A DNA stretch of 64,000 nt from an uncultured Roseovarius sp. (GCA_964010045.1 CAXGIB010000002.1:81917-145916), one strand, 5' to 3'. Counted from the first letter of the stretch, positions 26,859-36,650 are shown. Made by a program: numbers and translations. The notes: generated from the sequence alone by a model not told the origin.

Positions 26859-28637
26859 TCAGAACGCCTCCGCTTCCAGCGCCATCACCGGCTCCGCCCC
26901 GCTCTCGATGCGCGCCAGGTGCAGCGCGGTCGCGGGCAGGCGGCGGGTCATGTAGAACCGGCCCGTGGCGAGCTTGGCGCGATAGAACCGCTCGTCCGAG
27001 GTGCCCGCCTCAAGCGCCGCATGCGCCGCCTTCGCCATCCGCGCCCACATAAGGCCAAGGCAGACATGGCCGAAAAGGTGCATGAAATCATAGGAACCGG
27101 CAAGTGCTGCGTTGGGGTTCTTCATGCCGTTCTGCATGAAGAACATGCCCGCCGCCTGCAAATCCTTCGACGCCGCCTTGAGCGGGTCGAGGAAATCCTT
27201 CTTGAGCCCCTCGTCGCCCTCGTTCTCCTTGAGGAAGGTCTTGACCAGATCGAAGAAGGCCATGACGTGCTTGCCGCCGTCCTGCGCCAGCTTGCGGCCC
27301 ACCAGATCGAGCGCCTGCACGCCGTTCGCGCCCTCGTAGATCATGGCGATGCGGGCGTCGCGGGTGAATTGCGACATGCCCCATTCCTCGATATAGCCAT
27401 GTCCGCCATAGACCTGCTGCGCCAGCACGGTCATGTCATAGCCCTCATCGGTGAGAAAGCCCTTGATGACGGGCGTCATGAGCGAGATCAGCCCCTCGGC
27501 GGCGGCATCGCCCCCGCGATGCGAGCGGTCGATGAGTTCCGCGCCCCAGAGCATGAAGGCGCGCGCCCCCTCGATGAAGCTCTTCTGATCCATCAGCGAG
27601 CGGCGGATATCGGGATGCACGATCAGCGGATCGGCGGGCCCGTCGGGGTTTTCCGGCCCGGTGACGGCGCGGCCCTGAAGCCGTTCCCTGGCATAGGCAA
27701 GCGCGTTCTGATAGGCGACCTCGGCCTGCGCGAGCCCCTGCATGCCGACGCCGATCCGCGCCTCGTTCATCATGGTGAACATGGCGCGCATGCCCTTGTG
27801 CTCCTGCCCCAGCAGATAGCCCGTGGCCCCGTCATAGTTCATCACGCAGGTCGAGTTGCCGTGGATGCCCATCTTCTCCTCGATCTTGCCGCAGGAGACG
27901 CCGTTGCGCGCGCCAAGGCTGCCATCCTCGTTGACGAGGAACTTGGGCACGATGAAGAGCGACACGCCCTTGATCCCCTCGGGGCCGCCGGGGATCCTGG
28001 CCAGCACCAGGTGGATGATGTTCTCGGCCATGTCATGCTCGCCCGCCGAGATGAAGATCTTCTGCCCCGTGATCCGGTAGGTTCCGTCGCCCTGCGGCTC
28101 TGCCCTGGTGCGCATCAGGCCCAGATCGGTGCCGCAATGCGGCTCCGTCAGGTTCATCGTGCCGGTCCAGTCGCAGGCGACCATCTTCGGCAGGTAGGTG
28201 GCCTTCTGTTCGTCGCTGCCATGGGCGAGGATCGCCGAGGCGGCCCCGTGTGTCAGCCCCTGATACATGGTGAAGGCCTGGTTGGCGCCCGAGAACATCT
28301 CGCCCACGGCGGTGCCGAGGATATAGGGCATGTTCTGCCCGCCATAGTCCTCGGGCAGGTCGAGCGCCGTCCAGCCGCCTTCGCGCACCTGGTCGAAGGC
28401 CGCCTTGAAGCCCGTGGGCGTGCGCACCACGCCGTTTTCCAGGTGACAGCCCTCGGTATCGCCCACGGCGTTGAGCGGCATCAGCACCTCGGACGCGATC
28501 TTGCCCGCCTCTTCCAGCACGGCGGCGGTGAAATCGGGCTCGAGCTCGGCATAGCCGGGCACGTCCTGTTCAGAGACGTTGAGAACCTCGTGCAGGACGA
28601 ACTGCATGTCGCGGGTGGGGGGGGTATAGCTGGGCAT
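26859..28637 (-). CDS. Long acyl-CoA dehydrogenase with extra C-terminal domain (FadE/AidB-like)
   Basis: 592 aa. Segments [20 protein letters not shown] and [18 protein letters not shown] are present, and a C-terminal extension of about 150 aa is typical of this subclass. Confidence 0.92.
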   Translation of the reverse strand: MPSYTPPTRDMQFVLHEVLNVSEQDVPGYAELEPDFTAAVLEEAGKIASEVLMPLNAVGDTEGCHLENGVVRTPTGFKAAFDQVREGGWTALDLPEDYGGQNMPYILGTAVGEMFSGANQAFTMYQGLTHGAASAILAHGSDEQKATYLPKMVACDWTGTMNLTEPHCGTDLGLMRTRAEPQGDGTYRITGQKIFISAGEHDMAENIIHLVLARIPGGPEGIKGVSLFIVPKFLVNEDGSLGARNGVSCGKIEEKMGIHGNSTCVMNYDGATGYLLGQEHKGMRAMFTMMNEARIGVGMQGLAQAEVAYQNALAYARERLQGRAVTGPENPDGPADPLIVHPDIRRSLMDQKSFIEGARAFMLWGAELIDRSHRGGDAAAEGLISLMTPVIKGFLTDEGYDMTVLAQQVYGGHGYIEEWGMSQFTRDARIAMIYEGANGVQALDLVGRKLAQDGGKHVMAFFDLVKTFLKENEGDEGLKKDFLDPLKAASKDLQAAGMFFMQNGMKNPNAALAGSYDFMHLFGHVCLGLMWARMAKAAHAALEAGTSDERFYRAKLATGRFYMTRRLPATALHLARIESGAEPVMALEAEAF

Positions 28638-28667
28638 CTCTCTCTCCCTTGAAACAATGCCTGCCGG

Positions 28668-29069
28668 TCACTCGGCGGCTTTCTTCGAGTCCCTCAGCGA
28701 GGCGAGCATGCGCGCACCCCATGTCATCTGTTCGCGCAGATCGGCGATGGCGGCGTCGAGCGCGGCGCGCTCGGCCTCCATCGCGGCAAGCCGGGTCTGC
28801 GCCACCTCGTAGGTGGCGGCGATCTGGGTATATTGCTGGTCCCCCTTGTCATAGAGGTCGAGCAACTGGCGCAGTTCCTCGAGGCTGAAGCCGAAGCGCT
28901 TGCCGCGCAGGATGAGCTTGAGCCGCGCGCGGTCGCGCCGGGTAAAGAGCCGCTTCTGCCCCAGCCGGATCGGCGACAGAAGCTCTTTCGATTCGTAGAA
29001 CCGCAGGGTGCGGGGCGTCACGTCGAATGCCTCGCACATCTCGCGGATTGTCATGGTTGTCTCGCTCAT
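28668..29069 (-). CDS. MerR-family transcriptional regulator (LiuR-like context)
   Basis: HTH segment MTIREMCEAFDVTPRTLRFYESKELLSP, followed by a C-terminal coiled coil. It heads the ACAD operon. Confidence 0.9.
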   Translation of the reverse strand: MSETTMTIREMCEAFDVTPRTLRFYESKELLSPIRLGQKRLFTRRDRARLKLILRGKRFGFSLEELRQLLDLYDKGDQQYTQIAATYEVAQTRLAAMEAERAALDAAIADLREQMTWGARMLASLRDSKKAAE

Positions 29070-29141
29070 GGCATGGACCTTGTCGCACGGGATATGCGCA
29101 CAATCTGAGGGGCGCGGGCCATGGATACAACAACCGTGCGG

Positions 29142-29187
29142 CTTTACGTAACCGCTACGTCACGTCACTTTCCGGTTGACGTAAGAT
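29142..29187. promoter_or_regulatory. Array of ACGT-core palindromic half-sites (candidate MerR/LiuR-type operator)
   Basis: CTTTACGTAAccgcTACGTCACGTCActttccggTTGACGTAAG. It contains a self-complementary TTACGTAA and a TGACGT...ACGTCA pair with a 9-nt spacer on the minus strand. It lies 70-120 nt upstream of the MerR-ACAD operon. Confidence 0.4.
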
Positions 29188-29232
29188 CAGGCAAGGGAAA
29201 CCGGCCTTTGGCGCAATCCCGTTTCGCGGCGC

Positions 29233-29601
29233 TCAGCCGAGGCTGGCCTCGGTCTCGTCGCGCAGCTTGCGCAGCTCGGCCATGGCGTCGTCGATCTGTG
29301 CGCGCTGCTCGGCGAGTTCGACAAGCTGGCGGTCGGCAAGCTCGATCCACTGGCGCATCTGCGCCACGGTGCCCTCCTTCTCGTAGATCAGCAGCCATTG
29401 CCGGATTTCTTCCAGCGCGAAGCCGAACTTGCGGCCGCGCAGGATCAGCGTCATGCGCGCGACCTCCTTCGGCCCGTACCAGCGCGCGCGCCCGTCGCGC
29501 TCGGGGCTCAGAAGCTCGATATACTCGTAATAGCGCAGGGTGCGCGGGGTCACGTCGAACCGAGCGCACATCTCCCTGAAGGACAGCCGCTTCTCGGACA
29601 T
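29233..29601 (-). CDS. MerR-family transcriptional regulator (paralog of 28668..29069)
   Basis: LSFREMCARFDVTPRTLRYYEYIELLSP...ILRGRKFGFALEEIRQ closely parallels the neighbouring MerR. Confidence 0.9.
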   Translation of the reverse strand: MSEKRLSFREMCARFDVTPRTLRYYEYIELLSPERDGRARWYGPKEVARMTLILRGRKFGFALEEIRQWLLIYEKEGTVAQMRQWIELADRQLVELAEQRAQIDDAMAELRKLRDETEASLG

Positions 29602-29714
29602 TCCTCCCTCCCTTTGACAAGAGGTTTAGGGCCAGGGCCCTGCCCGCGCAACAGCCACCCTTGCAGCCGCGCCGATTTGCCCGCCATAAAGGTCGAGGGA
29701 CTGGTGAGGACGAG

Positions 29715-30137
29715 ATGGAAAGCCACAAGGACAGAATCGCACGGCAGTTCATGGCGGCGCTTCCCCATGCGCATGCGCTCGGGATGCGGCTGACGCTGCT
29801 GGAGAACGGGCAGGCCAGCATCGAGATGGATTACGACCCGCGCTTCGTCGGCGACCCCGAGACCGGGGTGATCCATGGCGGCGCGGTCTCGGCGCTGATG
29901 GATACCTGTTGCGGGGCGGCGGCGATGAGCCATCCCTCTGCGCCCGGCGGCACCGCGACGATCAGCCTGCGCATCGACTACATGCGCCCCGCCACGCCGG
30001 GCCAGACGATCCGCGCCGAGGCCGAATGCTACCACATCACGCGCTCGGTGGCCTTCGTGCGCGCCCGCGCGATGGACGATGACGCGGTCCTGCCCGTGGC
30101 CACCGCCACCGGCACCTTCACCGTGGAGGGCAAGTGA
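29715..30137 (+). CDS. PaaI-family (hotdog-fold) thioesterase
   Basis: ATG after GGTGAGGA. Segment GVIHGGAVSALMDTCCG is typical of the PaaI/4HBT-III family. Confidence 0.85.
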   Translation: MESHKDRIARQFMAALPHAHALGMRLTLLENGQASIEMDYDPRFVGDPETGVIHGGAVSALMDTCCGAAAMSHPSAPGGTATISLRIDYMRPATPGQTIRAEAECYHITRSVAFVRARAMDDDAVLPVATATGTFTVEGK

Positions 30138-30646
30138 TGGCGCGGCCCCGTCCCGAATCCGTGCAGGTCGTCAAGCAGCGCCGCGATGCCGCGCTCAAGG
30201 CGCTGGTGGAGGGCGTGCCCTATATCGGCTTTCTCGGCGTCGGGTTCGAGCGGCGCGGCGACGAACTGACCGCGATCATGTCCTTCGAGGAGAAGCTTAT
30301 CGGCAATCCGATGCTGCCCGCGCTGCACGGGGGTGCGACGGCGGCCTTTCTCGAGATCACCGCGATCATCGGGCTGAGCTGGGCCACGCTCTGGGAAGAG
30401 ATCGAGAGCGGCGCGGTCGATCCGCTGACGCTGACCGAGGGCCGCCTGCCGCGCCTGCCCAAGACGATCGATTTCACCGTGGATTACCTGCGCTCGGGCC
30501 TGCCGCGCGATGCCTATGCGCGCGCGCAGGTCAACCGCTCTGGCCGCCGTTATGCCTCTGTCCATGTCGAGGCCTGGCAGGACAACCGCTCGCGCCCCTT
30601 CGCACAGGCCACCGGGCATTTCCTTATGCCGCGCCGCGATGGCTGA
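30137..30646 (+). CDS. PaaI-like hotdog-fold thioesterase, second copy
   Basis: ATG overlaps the upstream TGA (TGATG), and there is an in-frame GTG at 30134. Segment ALHGGATAAFLEITAI resembles the PaaI active-site helix. Confidence 0.8.
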   Translation: MARPRPESVQVVKQRRDAALKALVEGVPYIGFLGVGFERRGDELTAIMSFEEKLIGNPMLPALHGGATAAFLEITAIIGLSWATLWEEIESGAVDPLTLTEGRLPRLPKTIDFTVDYLRSGLPRDAYARAQVNRSGRRYASVHVEAWQDNRSRPFAQATGHFLMPRRDG

Positions 30647-31967
30647 GGCGGCCCGGCCCGTTACCCATGGCCGGGTCCTGAAAATCGCCATTCCCATCGT
30701 CATCTCCAACGCCACCGTGCCGATCCTCGGCGCGGTGGATACCGGCGTGATCGGGCAGCTGGGCGAGGCCGCGCCCATCGGTGCCGTGGGGCTGGGGGCG
30801 ATCATCCTGACGGGGCTCTACTGGGTGTTCGGTTTCCTGCGCATGGGCACGACGGGGCTGACCGGTCAGGCGCTTGGCGCGGGGCAGGCGGGTGAGGTGG
30901 CCGCGCTTCTGACGCGCGCGCTGATGATCGGGCTGGCGGGCGGCGTCGCGGTCATCGCGCTGCAAGCGCCGCTTTTCGCGGCGGCCTTTCTCGTCGCTCC
31001 CGCCAGCGCCGAGGTCGAGGGGATGGCGCGCGATTACATGGCCATTCGCGTCTGGTCGGCACCGGCGATGATCGCACTCTACGGTGTTACCGGCTGGCTC
31101 ATCGCCCAGGAGCGCACGCGCGCGGTGCTGACGATCCAGGTTCTGATGAACGGGATCAACGTGGGGCTCGACCTGTGGTTCGTGCTGGGTCTCGGCTTGG
31201 GGGTGGAGGGCGTGGCGCGCGCCACGGTCATCGCCGAATGGGGCGGGCTGGCACTCGGGCTGTGGTTCTGCCGCGCGGCCTTCTTCGTGCCCGCCTGGCG
31301 CGACTGGCCGCGCGTCTTCGACCGCGCGCGGCTTGTCAGCATGGCCGCGGTCAATGGCGATATCCTGCTGCGCTCGCTCATGCTCCAGGCGATCTTCGTC
31401 TCCTTCCTCTTTCTCGGCGCGGGCTTTGGCGATGTGGTGCTGGCGGCCAACCAGGTGCTGATGCAGTTTCTCAACGTCACCGCCCATGCGCTGGACGGGT
31501 TCGCCTTCGCCGCCGAGGCGATCGTGGGACAGGCTTGTGGCGCGCGCGCCGTCCGGGTGCTCCGGCGCGGCGCGCTTCTGTCGAGCCTCTGGGCCTTGCT
31601 GATCTGTCTCGGGATCGCGGCGGGCTATGCGGTCTTCGGCGGCGCGCTGATCGACCTGATGACCACCGCGTCCGAGGTGCGCGAGGCGGCGCGCCGTTTC
31701 CTGCCCTATGCCGTGGCCGCGCCGCTCTTCGGTCTTGCGCCCTTCATGCTCGACGGGGTGTTCATCGGCGCGACCCGCACACGCGACATGCGCAACATGA
31801 TGGCGCTCAGCCTGGTCATTTATGTCGCGGCGGTGTTCGCGCTTGTGCCGCTATTCGGCAATCACGGCCTGTGGCTCGCCTTGCTGGTGAGTTTCGTTGC
31901 GCGCGGCGTGACGCTCGGCCTGCGCTATCCGGCGCTGGAACGGGGCGTGATCAGTCCACGCTTCTGA
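30639..31967 (+). CDS. MATE-family efflux transporter (DinF-like)
   Basis: Internal ATG at 30639 overlaps the upstream gene by 8 nt. It has 12 hydrophobic helices. N-terminus ...LKIAIPIVISNATVPILGAVDTGVIGQLG is typical of MATE. Confidence 0.9.
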   Translation: MAEAARPVTHGRVLKIAIPIVISNATVPILGAVDTGVIGQLGEAAPIGAVGLGAIILTGLYWVFGFLRMGTTGLTGQALGAGQAGEVAALLTRALMIGLAGGVAVIALQAPLFAAAFLVAPASAEVEGMARDYMAIRVWSAPAMIALYGVTGWLIAQERTRAVLTIQVLMNGINVGLDLWFVLGLGLGVEGVARATVIAEWGGLALGLWFCRAAFFVPAWRDWPRVFDRARLVSMAAVNGDILLRSLMLQAIFVSFLFLGAGFGDVVLAANQVLMQFLNVTAHALDGFAFAAEAIVGQACGARAVRVLRRGALLSSLWALLICLGIAAGYAVFGGALIDLMTTASEVREAARRFLPYAVAAPLFGLAPFMLDGVFIGATRTRDMRNMMALSLVIYVAAVFALVPLFGNHGLWLALLVSFVARGVTLGLRYPALERGVISPRF

Positions 31968-33576
31968 GCCGCGTGCGCTGCACCAGGAAAACCGCCAGAA
32001 GCGGCAGCAGGACGCCAAGCGCCGTGACGACCAGCAACAGCCACCCGAGCTCGCTGTAATCGGCCGGGGTGGTGATCGCGCCGCTGTCCGGGTCGCGCAC
32101 CTCGCGGGTGATCACGAAGACCTCGTTGAGGTATTTCGTCAGAAGCGAGCTTGCCGAGAGCGCGAGATTGGTGAAGGAGGCCATGACGGCAAAGAAGGTG
32201 GCCTTGAGATCGGCGGGCGCGTTGCGCGCGATCCAGGCCAGCATCGGGATCATCGCGATCTGGCCGAGCGGCGATTCGAGCGTGGTGTCGATGACGGCGA
32301 TGAAGCGCGCGTCCACCACGCCCCCGGTGAGCGGCGCGGTGAAGTCCTGGATCCCGTAATAGAGCCCGATATTCGGCAGCGAGAGGATACCCCCCGCCAG
32401 CGTCAGGATCACGATGATCCGGGCGATCGTGTTGTTGGCGATGAGCGGCCGCAGGATCACCATGCCCGCGAGCGTCAGAAGCGAGGCGATGAGCGACAGC
32501 ACGGAAAGGAACTGTTGATCGAAGCCCAGCACGTCGATGGAAAACCAGGTATAGCCGTCGCCCGCGCGCGGCGTGGCGCGGAAGATGAAGACAAGGATCG
32601 CCGTGCCGATCAGCGCGCGCGCCTGCGCCACCGGCAGCACTGCGACAAGCTGGCGCATGAGCAGAAGCACGATGGCGAGCGAGCCGGCAAAGATGATCTC
32701 CTGCCCGAAGGCGACATCGCTCAGCCCGATGGTGAGCGAGAGCGCGACAAATCCCGCGCCGCCGATGAAATACCACGGGTTCGGTGTTGTCTCCTCGTCC
32801 GAACGCTCGAAGAGCACGTCGGCCTCGGCCGGGCTCAGCCCGCGCGCGATGAGGCCGCGCCGCGCGCGCCATTTCTGCACCCCGGCGAGGATCACCCCCG
32901 AGACCGAGACCAGCGGGATCGCCAGCGCGGCAAGATAGATCCCGGCATAGACCGCGCGCTTGCCCTCTGCATCGAGCGCCTCGATCCCCGAGAACATGGT
33001 GATGTTCAGAAGTGCCACCGCCACCGTGCCGCTGATGAGCGCGAAGCGGCCCAGCGTCTGCATCGTGGTATGGAGGGCGCGCGCGGTCTCGGGGTCGATC
33101 TCGCGGCCGTCGGCATCGACGCGCGGCACCGCCTCGACCGACATGGCATCGGCCACCGCGTCCTGGATCACGAGGCCCGAGGGCGCGAGCAGATAGGAGG
33201 TCACGTACCAAGCCCCCATCGGCATGATCGCGGTCATCATCGCGGTCTGCGTGAGCAGCAGATACATGATGAGAACCGAGAGCGCGATCAGCCCCGCGCC
33301 CAGCCAGACCAGCAGCCATTTCCACCGCCAGATGATATCGACCAGATGGCCGAGCGGCATCTTGAGCGCCCAGGGCAGCCCCGCCCAGAAGGCAAGGCCC
33401 GCCAGGAACGCCGCCGAAAGGTCGAGATATTCCTTCACGAAGAAGGTGCCCACGATCATCGTCAGCCCCGAAAACCCGGCGGCGAAATAGACCATGAGCG
33501 GTGGCAGGAAGCTCCAGCGCATCTGCCGCGCGAGATCGAAGATCACGGCATCGACCCAGCGCGCGGCGCGGTTCAT
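31951..33576 (-). CDS. Polytopic membrane transporter, MFS-like (BT1/folate-biopterin-transporter-like)
   Basis: 541 aa from the internal ATG at 33576, which overlaps the upstream stop (ATGA). It has at least 12 hydrophobic helices. The family call is tentative and from overall appearance only. Confidence 0.65.
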   Translation of the reverse strand: MNRAARWVDAVIFDLARQMRWSFLPPLMVYFAAGFSGLTMIVGTFFVKEYLDLSAAFLAGLAFWAGLPWALKMPLGHLVDIIWRWKWLLVWLGAGLIALSVLIMYLLLTQTAMMTAIMPMGAWYVTSYLLAPSGLVIQDAVADAMSVEAVPRVDADGREIDPETARALHTTMQTLGRFALISGTVAVALLNITMFSGIEALDAEGKRAVYAGIYLAALAIPLVSVSGVILAGVQKWRARRGLIARGLSPAEADVLFERSDEETTPNPWYFIGGAGFVALSLTIGLSDVAFGQEIIFAGSLAIVLLLMRQLVAVLPVAQARALIGTAILVFIFRATPRAGDGYTWFSIDVLGFDQQFLSVLSLIASLLTLAGMVILRPLIANNTIARIIVILTLAGGILSLPNIGLYYGIQDFTAPLTGGVVDARFIAVIDTTLESPLGQIAMIPMLAWIARNAPADLKATFFAVMASFTNLALSASSLLTKYLNEVFVITREVRDPDSGAITTPADYSELGWLLLVVTALGVLLPLLAVFLVQRTRLRSVD

Positions 33577-34247
33577 GGCGCATCCCACCTGGCCGGGGCG
33601 TCGAGAAGCGCCCCGGCGACGAGATCGAGCGTGTCGGCGGGCAGGATCACCAGCAGCTTGGGCGCGGTCACGTCGAGCCGGACCGGCCCCTCGGCGACAT
33701 TCGAGGTGCCGATGCGCCCGTCGGGTGCCAGGCTCAGCCCGCCGATGGGCCAGCGCAGCCCGTCCGAGGCCCCCTCGACCGCCCCCATCGGAAACAGCGA
33801 GACACGACAGCCCGGCACCAGCGGCAGCACCAGGGCGGGCGGGCAGAGAAACACCAGATCGGCGCTGTCCAGAAGGATGCAGCGCTGCGCGGCATGACGC
33901 ACGAGCGCGGAGCAGGCGGCCATCTGGTGATCCAGCCGGTCGCCGGTGAAGCCCAGCCCGATGAGCAGCGGGGCGCTGACATGGGCGAGGCATTTCTCGA
34001 AATCGGTGGTGTCCTGGTCGGCCATCGGATGCAGGATGGTTTCCGGCAGACGGGCGCGCGCCGCCGCGCTGATACTGTCGAAATCGCCGATCACCGCGCG
34101 CGGGCTCAGCCCGGCCTCGAGCGCCGTATCCGCCCCGCCATCGGCGGCCACCACCGTCGGGGCAAGCCGCAGCGCCGCCGCGAGCCGCTCCGGCCCGACG
34201 CTCGCGCCGCCAATGAGCGCGATTGGCTGATTTTCGCGAACAATCAT
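33573..34247 (-). CDS. Thiamine pyrophosphokinase (thiamine diphosphokinase)
   Basis: 224 aa. Segments VVAADGGA, AVIGDFDSI, DQDTTDFEKC and GFTGDRLDH are TPK catalytic-domain blocks. The C-terminal beta domain carries ...GTSN. Confidence 0.8.
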   Translation of the reverse strand: MIVRENQPIALIGGASVGPERLAAALRLAPTVVAADGGADTALEAGLSPRAVIGDFDSISAAARARLPETILHPMADQDTTDFEKCLAHVSAPLLIGLGFTGDRLDHQMAACSALVRHAAQRCILLDSADLVFLCPPALVLPLVPGCRVSLFPMGAVEGASDGLRWPIGGLSLAPDGRIGTSNVAEGPVRLDVTAPKLLVILPADTLDLVAGALLDAPARWDAP

Positions 34248-34396
34248 TCCCCGATGGCCGTTATCGTTGCCTTTACCCTTCTGATGTCACATTCCGACCA
34301 CGAAATGATACAGTAAAGATCGAAGAATCGGGCCGGTTTGGACGCGGACCTCATGGTAAACATTGTTTTTGCAGGCAAGCAAAGCGAGCTGATGAC

Positions 34397-36604
34397 ATGG
34401 TTGGTTCAAGCAAGATTCTGACGGTCTCCTACGGCACGTTCTCGTGTACGCTGGAGGGTTTTGACGATTCATTCGAGACGATGAAGGCGATTGCCGAGTA
34501 TTTCCGGGATCTCGCCGCCGATGACCGCTATTTCGGGGCCGAACCGCCGACCCCGGATGCCGAGATGCTGGCGCGCATTGCCGAGCGCGAGATCGCGCGC
34601 CGGGTCGAGGCGCATGAGCATCAGGGCCGCATCGTGCTCCGGGCGCAGGAGGGTGTGCGGGCCACGGGCACGGCGCTGGCCGCTGCGGCACCGGCCGCGC
34701 CGGAGGCCGAAGAGACCGGCGCGCAGGATTTGACCGACGCCGCCGCCGCGCTGCGGCCCGAGGGGACCGAGGCGGAGGAGAGCGACAGCGCCGCGCAAGA
34801 ACCCGCGCAAGAGCCCGCCGAAACGGCACTGGAATCGGAGATGGCAGAGGCAGATGCCGCCGCGTCGGCCGATGCGGCCGATGCGATCGGCTCCTACGAT
34901 GCGTCCGCCGCCCCGATCACGGACGAAGCGCCCGAGGCCGAAGCGGCCGACATGGCCCCCGACCCGCAGGAGGAGGCACAGCCGGTTGATACCTCCCCGG
35001 TCGCGGACGAGCCCGATGGGCTGGCGGCCAAGCTGAACCTCATCCGCTCCGTGGTTGGGGAGGATGCGCAATACAGTGAGGATGAACATGCGCAGGGCTT
35101 CTCCGGCGATGCATCGGCGGATGCGGCTTTCTGGTCCGAGATGGTCGAAGAGACCGGCGCGGAGGATCTGACCGAGACCGCCGAAGAGGATGTCGTTGCG
35201 GAGGATCCGACCGGGACCACGGAGGATGGTGCCGCCGCAGACGATGCCGACATGGCGCAAGAGGACGATCTTGCCTGGACATACGGAATGACCGACGGCA
35301 CCCCGCAAGGTGACGGCCCGGCGGAGGCCGAGACGGGTTTCGAATACCCCGGGAATGACACGGCGGCGGTCGGGATGGACGCTGGCCCCGACAGCGCCGG
35401 GCCGGATATCGATGCCCCCGAGGCCGATGTGACCGCAGGCTCCGCCCGCAGTGACGACGAGGCCGTCTCGCATGACGAGCAAGAGGAGCCGATCATCTCC
35501 GACGCGGCGGAAGAGTTGCCCGCTGCCGCGGAAACCGGCGAGCGCGCGTTCGAAGACACGCTTGCCGCGCTGCTTGCCGATGCCGCCCGCCCGGCGGATG
35601 CGGCAGAGGCCCCGGCCGAGGACGCGGACGAGGAAGCGACGGCGGGGCCGCGCCCGGCCCGCGTTCTTCGGGTCCGGCGGGCCGATTTCGAGGCCGCGCG
35701 GGCCAGCGGCGCGCTTGAGGAGGCCGTAACCGGGGCGGAGACCGACGAGGACGAGACCGCCAACATCTTCGGCGAAGATGACGGCGCGCTCAGCCCCGAG
35801 GAAGAGGCCGAGCTGCAACGCGAACTGGCTGAACTCGATCTCGAACTGGGAGAGCCGGAGGAGGAGGATGCCTCCGAGAGCCCGGTCCCCCTCCCGGCCA
35901 TGTCCGAGGCCGGTTCCGAACGCGGCAAGCTCGACGAGATGGCCGAAGAAAGCGATCTCGAGCGCATCTTCGGCGAGGCCGACAGCCAGATGGCCGCGCC
36001 AGAGACCAGCCGACGGCGCAACACCATCCAGCACCTGCGCGCGGCGCTGGCGGCCACCCGCGCCGAAAGGGCCGCCGGGGCGGAGCTCAGCCCGAAGCCC
36101 GACGAGAACCCCTATCGCAGCGATCTGGCCGCCGTCGTGCGCCCGCGTCGTCCCGAGGCGGGTGCCGGTGCCGCCGGTCCGCGCAGCGTCCGGCCCGATG
36201 AGCCGCGCCCGGCACCGCTCAAGCTCGTGGCCGAACAGCGCGTGGATACCGCGCGGGAGCCGGTGCGCCCGCGCCGTGTCACCACGCCGCAGCCCGAGCT
36301 GCTTGCCGCGGAGACCGGCGGGTTCTCCGAATTCGCCGAAGATCTGGGGGCGACCGACCTGCCCGATCTTCTCGAGGCCGCGGCCGCCTATCTCGCCGAT
36401 GTCGAGGGGCGCGCGCAGTTCTCGCGCCCGATGCTCATGGGCAAGCTCCGCGAAGTGGACGAGGAGGGATTCTCGCGCGAGGAGGGGCTGCGCTCCTTCG
36501 GCAAGCTCCTGCGCGAGGGCAAGCTTCAGAAGCTTTCGGGCGGCCGTTTCGCCGTGACCGAAGCGACCGAGTTCCGCGCCGAGGCCAAGCGCCGGGCAAG
36601 CTGA
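34397..36604 (+). CDS. Hypothetical large acidic protein with long low-complexity (A/E/D/P/T/G) centre
   Basis: 735 aa from the ATG at 34397. It has a structured-looking N-terminal segment of about 90 aa and a C-terminal segment of about 110 aa. About 500 aa in between are strongly acidic and repetitive in composition. The frame is uninterrupted with coding-like GC3. Confidence 0.7.
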   Translation: MVGSSKILTVSYGTFSCTLEGFDDSFETMKAIAEYFRDLAADDRYFGAEPPTPDAEMLARIAEREIARRVEAHEHQGRIVLRAQEGVRATGTALAAAAPAAPEAEETGAQDLTDAAAALRPEGTEAEESDSAAQEPAQEPAETALESEMAEADAAASADAADAIGSYDASAAPITDEAPEAEAADMAPDPQEEAQPVDTSPVADEPDGLAAKLNLIRSVVGEDAQYSEDEHAQGFSGDASADAAFWSEMVEETGAEDLTETAEEDVVAEDPTGTTEDGAAADDADMAQEDDLAWTYGMTDGTPQGDGPAEAETGFEYPGNDTAAVGMDAGPDSAGPDIDAPEADVTAGSARSDDEAVSHDEQEEPIISDAAEELPAAAETGERAFEDTLAALLADAARPADAAEAPAEDADEEATAGPRPARVLRVRRADFEAARASGALEEAVTGAETDEDETANIFGEDDGALSPEEEAELQRELAELDLELGEPEEEDASESPVPLPAMSEAGSERGKLDEMAEESDLERIFGEADSQMAAPETSRRRNTIQHLRAALAATRAERAAGAELSPKPDENPYRSDLAAVVRPRRPEAGAGAAGPRSVRPDEPRPAPLKLVAEQRVDTAREPVRPRRVTTPQPELLAAETGGFSEFAEDLGATDLPDLLEAAAAYLADVEGRAQFSRPMLMGKLREVDEEGFSREEGLRSFGKLLREGKLQKLSGGRFAVTEATEFRAEAKRRAS

Positions 36605-36632
36605 GCAAGGGTCCGGTCCCGGCACGGTGCGG

Positions 36633-36648
36633 CGGGCCGCGCGGCCCG
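36633..36648. terminator. GC-rich perfect palindrome between convergent genes (possible terminator hairpin)
   Basis: CGGGCCGCGCGGCCCG is its own reverse complement. There is no clear T-tract. Confidence 0.35.
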
Positions 36649-36650
36649 GC

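Noticed and set aside
34248-34396. The upstream region of the thiamine pyrophosphokinase operon, inspected for a TPP riboswitch.
   Set aside because: I could not find the conserved CUGAGA or ACCUGAUCUGGAUAAUGCCAGCG-like cores on the minus strand. A covariance-model scan would be needed to exclude it fully.
34469-36625. A 718-aa minus-strand ORF (and other frames) overlapping the acidic protein gene.
   Set aside because: It is the mirror image of a low-complexity GC-rich gene and is Arg/Gly/Leu-rich junk. The plus frame has structured termini, an RBS context and coding-like GC3.
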